A stretch of DNA of 64,000 bases, from positions 1,120,001 through 1,184,000 of the forward strand of contig CAWGLD010000001.1 of assembly GCA_963823335.1 (NCBI GenBank). The letters run 5' to 3'. Origin of the DNA: an uncultured delta proteobacterium (lineage in GTDB: Bacteria; Desulfobacterota; Desulfobacteria; Desulfobacterales; B30-G6). A program made the translations under genes and the position numbers. Shown here piece after piece: positions 59,155-64,000 of the stretch (the stretch's first letter is position 1; every line of letters starts with the position of its first letter). The notes beneath the pieces were generated by a model. That model was not told the DNA's origin and did no database searches. It saw only the letters and a list, made by a program, of their open reading frames with translations.

Positions 59155-61296
59155 ATGAAAGCGTTTAATTTGAAAGACATCACATCACTGACCTATCAAC
59201 GGCCGGATATCGAAAAGGGCTATGCAAACCAAACTCTTTGTGTGGATATTTCAGATCCTGAAATATCCATTAAACCGGTTTCCGACGAAATGAAACGGAT
59301 TTTTGTCGGTGGCAAAGGTTTTGATTTATGGCTGCTGTGGCATGCTGTAACCGGAACCACCCAATGGACAGATCCGGAGAACACCATCTGTATAGCCTCG
59401 GGTCCCATGGGCGGGACACCGTCCTATCCAGGATCAGGGAAGAGTATTGTGACGTCCTTGTCGCCGCTGACAGGGTCGGTTGTCGATTCCAACGTGGGCG
59501 GGTATTTTGGCCCCTATCTTAAATTTTCAGGATTTGATGCCCTGGAGATACAAGGCCAATCTTCCCGGGAAGTGGTTATATACATTGACGGTATCAGCGA
59601 GACCGTGACCATTTTCGAGGCACAGGGCCTGCCTGAAGATGCCTATGAAACCTCGTCTGTATTGACCCGGCATTTTGGAAATGAAAAACCAAGAGGAATT
59701 TCCGTCGTATCCACAGGACCGGGTGCGAAACATACCTTGATGGGCTGCCTGAACGTCACCTGGTACGACCCGAAACGGAAACGGGCTAGATATAAACAGG
59801 CCGGTCGTGGCGGACTGGGCACGGTGTTTGCCCATAAAGGCGTCAAGGCGGTTGTTGTCCGTTGGGACACCGTTTCCATGGATGCCAACAACCCGGCCGA
59901 TTTGGAAACAATGAAAACTGTTGCCAAAAGCTACTCCAGAGAGATCGTGGAACTGGACCCGAAACAGAATGAGATGGCAAAGATCGGTACGACCCATCTG
60001 GTTCCTATTATGAACGATTTTGATCTGCTGCCGACGCATAATTTTAAATTCGGGCAGCATAAGATGGCCGGATTGATTGGAAAGGAGGTTTATAAAGATC
60101 TCTTTGATCCAGGATTTGACGGATGCTGGATGGGCTGTACCGTGGCATGCTCTCATGGTGTAAAGGATTTTGTGCCGCTGACAGGCCCCTACAAGGGCAG
60201 CAAGGTTTTTGTGGACGGGCCCGAATATGAAACCATTGCCGGGTGCGGGTCCAATCTGGGCATCTTTGATCCCTATACTATTATCGAAATCAATTTTTAC
60301 TGTGATGCCTACGGTCTCGATACCATCTCTGTGGGGACTACCATGGCATTTGCCATGGAATGCTTTGAAATGGGTCTCATCGACAAAAGCCATACAGGCG
60401 GGCTGGATCTTCATTTCGGCAATCGGGATGCAGCCCTGGAACTGGTTCATCAAATGGCCAGAGGAGAGGGGTTTGGAACGGTTCTCGGCCAGGGTGTCCG
60501 GCGGATGAAAAAGCAATTTGCCTCGGAATTTGGTGCGGATGCGCAAACCCTGCAGGATATCGGTATGGAGTCCAAGGGGCTCGAATTTTCTGAGTACATG
60601 ACCAAGGAATCCCTGGCCCAGCAGGGTGGATATGGCATGGCTCTCAAAGGACCGCAGCACGATGAAGCATGGCTGATCTTTCTGGACATGGTGCACAACT
60701 ATATGCCAACATTCGAACAGAAAGCAGAAGCCTTGCACTGGTTCCCCATGTTTCGCACATGGTTCGGGCTCTGTGGTCTGTGCAAGCTTCCCTGGAACGA
60801 TATTGTCCCGGAAGACAACAAGGACACCGAGGAACCCGCCAAGGTGATCAAGCATATGACATGGTACGCCCAATATTTTGGTGCGGTAACAGGACGTAAA
60901 GTCGTTCCGGAGGATCTCATCACCATCAGCGAGGCGGTATACAATTTCCAGCGGATCTTCAACCTGAAAATGGGGTTTGGGACAAGGGCCCAGGACATCC
61001 TGCCCTATCGTGCAGTGGGCCCGGTGACGGAAGAGGAATATGAATCCCGTCAGGAACGCTACGACGGCCAGCTGAAAGAGAGGCATGGCGTCGATATCCA
61101 GGGCAAGTCTACAGCAGAAAAGGTGGCTGTTCTGCGCAAACTGCGGGAAGAGCAATATGAACAATTAAAAGATGCGGTATATGAGAGAAGAGGATGGACC
61201 CAGAACGGCATACCGACGGTAAAAACCGTCAAGCGCCTGGGTATCGATTTCCCCGCTGTGCTGGAGATCCTAGAGAAAAACGGAGTAACCACTTGA
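59155..61296 (+). CDS. Aldehyde:ferredoxin oxidoreductase family (tungsten/molybdopterin) enzyme
   Basis: DSNVGGYFG, AGRGG.G, C..C...C, GPEYET, CD.YGLDTIS, GLCKL. Confidence 0.92.
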   Translation: MKAFNLKDITSLTYQRPDIEKGYANQTLCVDISDPEISIKPVSDEMKRIFVGGKGFDLWLLWHAVTGTTQWTDPENTICIASGPMGGTPSYPGSGKSIVTSLSPLTGSVVDSNVGGYFGPYLKFSGFDALEIQGQSSREVVIYIDGISETVTIFEAQGLPEDAYETSSVLTRHFGNEKPRGISVVSTGPGAKHTLMGCLNVTWYDPKRKRARYKQAGRGGLGTVFAHKGVKAVVVRWDTVSMDANNPADLETMKTVAKSYSREIVELDPKQNEMAKIGTTHLVPIMNDFDLLPTHNFKFGQHKMAGLIGKEVYKDLFDPGFDGCWMGCTVACSHGVKDFVPLTGPYKGSKVFVDGPEYETIAGCGSNLGIFDPYTIIEINFYCDAYGLDTISVGTTMAFAMECFEMGLIDKSHTGGLDLHFGNRDAALELVHQMARGEGFGTVLGQGVRRMKKQFASEFGADAQTLQDIGMESKGLEFSEYMTKESLAQQGGYGMALKGPQHDEAWLIFLDMVHNYMPTFEQKAEALHWFPMFRTWFGLCGLCKLPWNDIVPEDNKDTEEPAKVIKHMTWYAQYFGAVTGRKVVPEDLITISEAVYNFQRIFNLKMGFGTRAQDILPYRAVGPVTEEEYESRQERYDGQLKERHGVDIQGKSTAEKVAVLRKLREEQYEQLKDAVYERRGWTQNGIPTVKTVKRLGIDFPAVLEILEKNGVTT

Positions 61297-61490
61297 TTTC
61301 ACTGGATGGCAAGCAGATGCTCTGGAAAAAAGGCATGACCGTATCGAATTTTTTGCAGGAAATCCCTGATGCCCATCAATATGCCGTGATAAGGGTTAAT
61401 GACCGCTATGTGTCTCGACCCAGTTTTGATACCTATATTATTCCGGATAACGCTGAAATATACTTGATACCAATGATTGCAGGAGGGTAA
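61293..61490 (+). CDS. ThiS/MoaD-family sulfur carrier protein
   Basis: TTG start overlapping the AOR stop (TTGA), GGAG RBS; 65 aa ending in IAGG. Confidence 0.85.
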   Translation: MISLDGKQMLWKKGMTVSNFLQEIPDAHQYAVIRVNDRYVSRPSFDTYIIPDNAEIYLIPMIAGG

Positions 61491-61666
61491 ACAGAGTTGT
61501 GGCGAAAATAGAGGGCGGTTGCATCAACGGCCTTGATTTCCCGTTGGATTGGAATTTAACCCTGTACCTGTAATGCCTGAATTGAGCGATCCCAAGAAGT
61601 GCAACGTTCAACTTGGGTAAGCATACCGATGCATTCTATAAACTCACTATTTTATAAGGAGGCGTC

Positions 61667-61963
61667 ATGCTTAAGAAGAATTACACAAAAACAGGCCAAT
61701 TTTGCAGAGTGACATTTAAGGTGCCACCGGATGTCGATGCCAAGAAGGTAATGTTGTGCGGGGATTTTAATGCTTGGGATAGAAAAAAAACCGTCATGAA
61801 GCTTCTTAAAGATGGCAGTTTTTCGGTTACGATCACATTGCCTGCAAACAGCTTGTATCGGTTTAAGTATTACCTTGGCACCCATCGATGGGAGAACGAC
61901 GGGGATGCCGATGGCTACGTCAGCAACGATTTCGGGAGTGAAGATTCCTTGCTCGAGGTTTGA
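61667..61963 (+). CDS. Isoamylase early-set/AMPK1-CBM-like carbohydrate-binding domain protein
   Basis: GDFNAW, YRFKY, WEND..AD.Y..N.FG; AAGGAGG RBS. Confidence 0.88.
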   Translation: MLKKNYTKTGQFCRVTFKVPPDVDAKKVMLCGDFNAWDRKKTVMKLLKDGSFSVTITLPANSLYRFKYYLGTHRWENDGDADGYVSNDFGSEDSLLEV

Positions 61964-62581
61964 TATGGAATATTACATTCAGTACACAACAGTTGCGTAA
62001 TTGGAGTGCAAATTCCAGACCTTTGGGTACAAGATATCCTATATTTTCTAATATTTTGCAGACAACATACTATATGTTGATCTTGCACGATTTTTGCATT
62101 ATAGGAATTCAGTCAATCCGCAGTGGGTTGATATATTCCCAAAAGTCAGAACGGTGCATGAGGAAATGAAAGACTATTCGGTTCTCAAATCAAGCAGGGA
62201 GGCGCTCCTGAGAAAGGCTGGTTTTCAGGAAGGCCATAACATTTTTGATAGCGGATCCCTAAATCAGACACTCGAATTTCAGGTCGTGGGGGATCGGAGC
62301 GATCCGGGTTCCCCCAGCGACCAGAATTGATATGCGACATCCACGTTTAATGATGTGTTGCATATTCATCTAAGTGTCCGAGAATCTTTTTTTCGTTACT
62401 GGGTCTGATCATCGTTTGCCTATCAAAATGGTACCCTTTACCATTCGTTCGCATATTCCATCATCAAACCGGGAATTGTATCTTTTTAAGAGCACCCCCC
62501 TATATCTTCCCTAATTTTTTATATCAGAGCATATACGCAAACCTGTCATTGAACAAAGAACAGATAAAGGAGGTTAAAAGC

Positions 62582-63229
62582 ATGAGGTATCCGATGTCAA
62601 GATATACCATCTCACTGATATTAATCTGGATGATCATCGCGCTGACCGGGTGCGTCGGGGTGCAAAATATTGGAAGAGATGGAGATTCCAATGTCACGGA
62701 GCCGGTATCCTGGCCCCGGCCGTTCTTTTTGACTGTGGGGGAACACCAAACAGCCCCTGGTCTTTCGGTTGTCTATTTCTATAAAAAAATCAGGCATATC
62801 GATGAAATGTCAAATGATCAATGGACGGCAAAAAATGGTGTGTCTGGCGAACCGATCCCCATAATCGCCCATCAATTCGGGAATGGTGAAGTGTTCGGCA
62901 GCGGAGAAAGGCAGGGGGTTTGTGTGCAGATGCAGGGCTATCTGAATTTTAAGGAACCCGGGATATACCTGATCAAAGCCAACAGCAACGACGGCATTCG
63001 GGTATTTCTGGACAACAAAATGATCCTCAACGATCCGGACCAACATTCAGCGCGTTTTACATCGAAGGCAGAGATCGAGATCAAGCAACCGGGTCACTAT
63101 AGCATCCTGGTGCGGTACTTTCAGAGAAAAGGAACGGCAACCCTGGAAATGTACTGGAAAACACCCGCAACCGAAAGCTTTGACATTATACCGGCCATGG
63201 CTTATTCACACGATAGTAATGCATCCTGA
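62582..63229 (+). CDS. PA14-domain lipoprotein
   Basis: Lipobox LTGC; G.Y....NSNDG.RV.LD, YFQ..G...L..YW..P; start after AGGAGG. Confidence 0.8.
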   Translation: MRYPMSRYTISLILIWMIIALTGCVGVQNIGRDGDSNVTEPVSWPRPFFLTVGEHQTAPGLSVVYFYKKIRHIDEMSNDQWTAKNGVSGEPIPIIAHQFGNGEVFGSGERQGVCVQMQGYLNFKEPGIYLIKANSNDGIRVFLDNKMILNDPDQHSARFTSKAEIEIKQPGHYSILVRYFQRKGTATLEMYWKTPATESFDIIPAMAYSHDSNAS

Positions 63230-63306
63230 TGAACCGCAATAGCCTGCAAATCAAAATCAGATAGAATTCCTTACGGTCGCTGCTTCGCATGCTGCGCGGT
63301 TCTTCA
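63230..63306 (+). repeat. Dispersed palindromic repeat family, copy 3
   Basis: TGAACCGCAATAG...AATCAGATAGAATTCCTTACGGTCG...TTCGCATGCTGCGCGGTTCTTCA. Confidence 0.7.
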
Positions 63307-63336
63307 ATCCATTCCTTCCAATATAAGGGGATAGCG

Positions 63337-64000
63337 ATGTTCCGCCCTGTTTCGATTCGAATCAATATTCTCACCAATTTTATACTTGTTATCGTTTTGA
63401 TCGCTGTTTCACTGCTGGGAATGCAGTACTTTTTCAGCCAGCAGTTGGCCATGTCGGCAACGCATAAAAGTTTTGTTCAAACAGCCCGGCAGGTGACCCA
63501 GCATATTCAAGCCCGTGATGCCCTGGCAAAAAACATGCTCTACCTCACGGAATTCTATCCAGAGCTGACGCTCCCGCCCACGGACCCGCGTCATAGCGAT
63601 ACCATTAAGCGCTTTACCGTCAACATGCAACGCGCCACCCATATCTATGCTATGTATATCGGGCATCCTAATGGCGACTTTTTTGAAGTGGTCAATATGG
63701 AAAGTGCCGCTGTGCTGCATACCCATTTCAAGGCACCTTCGGAAACGCGCTGGACGATCATCAAAATATTTGATTCCCCCCAGGGCAGAGTGCTACAATT
63801 TGATTTTCTGAACAGCGCATTGCAGCTGATTTCAACCCGTTCAGAGTCTTCTGAATATCGGGCCAATGAACGGCCATGGTTCCAGCAGGCGTATCAAAGT
63901 GACAACGTGGTGCGGACGGATCCCTATTTATTTTCTCACCTCCAACAAAAAGGGATTACTTTTGCCAAAGTGATCAATGGTTCCCAATCTGTTCTGGCCA
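63337..64000 (+). CDS. Membrane sensor with periplasmic Cache-like domain, 5' portion (output domain outside the window)
   Basis: Not in the ORF track. Open frame from ATG 63337: MFRPVSIRINILTNFILVIVLIAVSLLG (TM)...MYIGHPNGDF...RPWFQQA...TDPYLF...GITFA. Confidence 0.8.
   Translation, partial: MFRPVSIRINILTNFILVIVLIAVSLLGMQYFFSQQLAMSATHKSFVQTARQVTQHIQARDALAKNMLYLTEFYPELTLPPTDPRHSDTIKRFTVNMQRATHIYAMYIGHPNGDFFEVVNMESAAVLHTHFKAPSETRWTIIKIFDSPQGRVLQFDFLNSALQLISTRSESSEYRANERPWFQQAYQSDNVVRTDPYLFSHLQQKGITFAKVINGSQSVLA

Noticed and set aside
59527-61164. 545-aa minus-strand ORF
   Set aside because: Antisense shadow of the AOR gene; no recognisable domain.
61194-61292. N-terminal extension of the ThiS/MoaD ORF
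   Set aside because: Overlaps AOR; TTG 61293 gives the normal ~65-aa size with an RBS.

Overview
Bacterial chromosome segment; the gene content (tungsten-type aldehyde:ferredoxin oxidoreductase, paired moeA, porin, MttB methyltransferase) suggests an anaerobic Gram-negative, plausibly Desulfobacterota, though this is inference. Left to right: 5' part of an MttB-family methyltransferase missed by the ORF track, a USP, a broken DMSP-lyase-like cupin, a peptide-type ABC operon, tRNA-Asn(GTT), aspS/hisS/epmA, PMM/PGM, uppP, nfsA, rtcB and archease, two moeA, a radical SAM gene, PilZ, DHFR and a sirtuin. An accessory island at about 29.2-37.4 kb holds an inverted-repeat element, an intact IS5-family element and a ~6.5 kb teneurin-like NHL/YD (Rhs) gene. 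That gene is split by a 1-bp frameshift just upstream of its DPYGL cleavage motif and ends in an unknown C-terminal domain followed by a candidate immunity gene. Further right are an amine/amino-acid catabolic region (R-selective transaminase-like enzyme, CoA ligase, LIV transporter, enoyl-CoA hydratase, RidA, OCD-like enzyme, two flavoproteins), an RND pump, AOR with a sulfur carrier, and a truncated Cache-domain sensor. Several short palindromic MITE-like elements lie in intergenic spaces. No CRISPR array or rRNA was seen. All calls come from motif recognition by eye; no searches were run.
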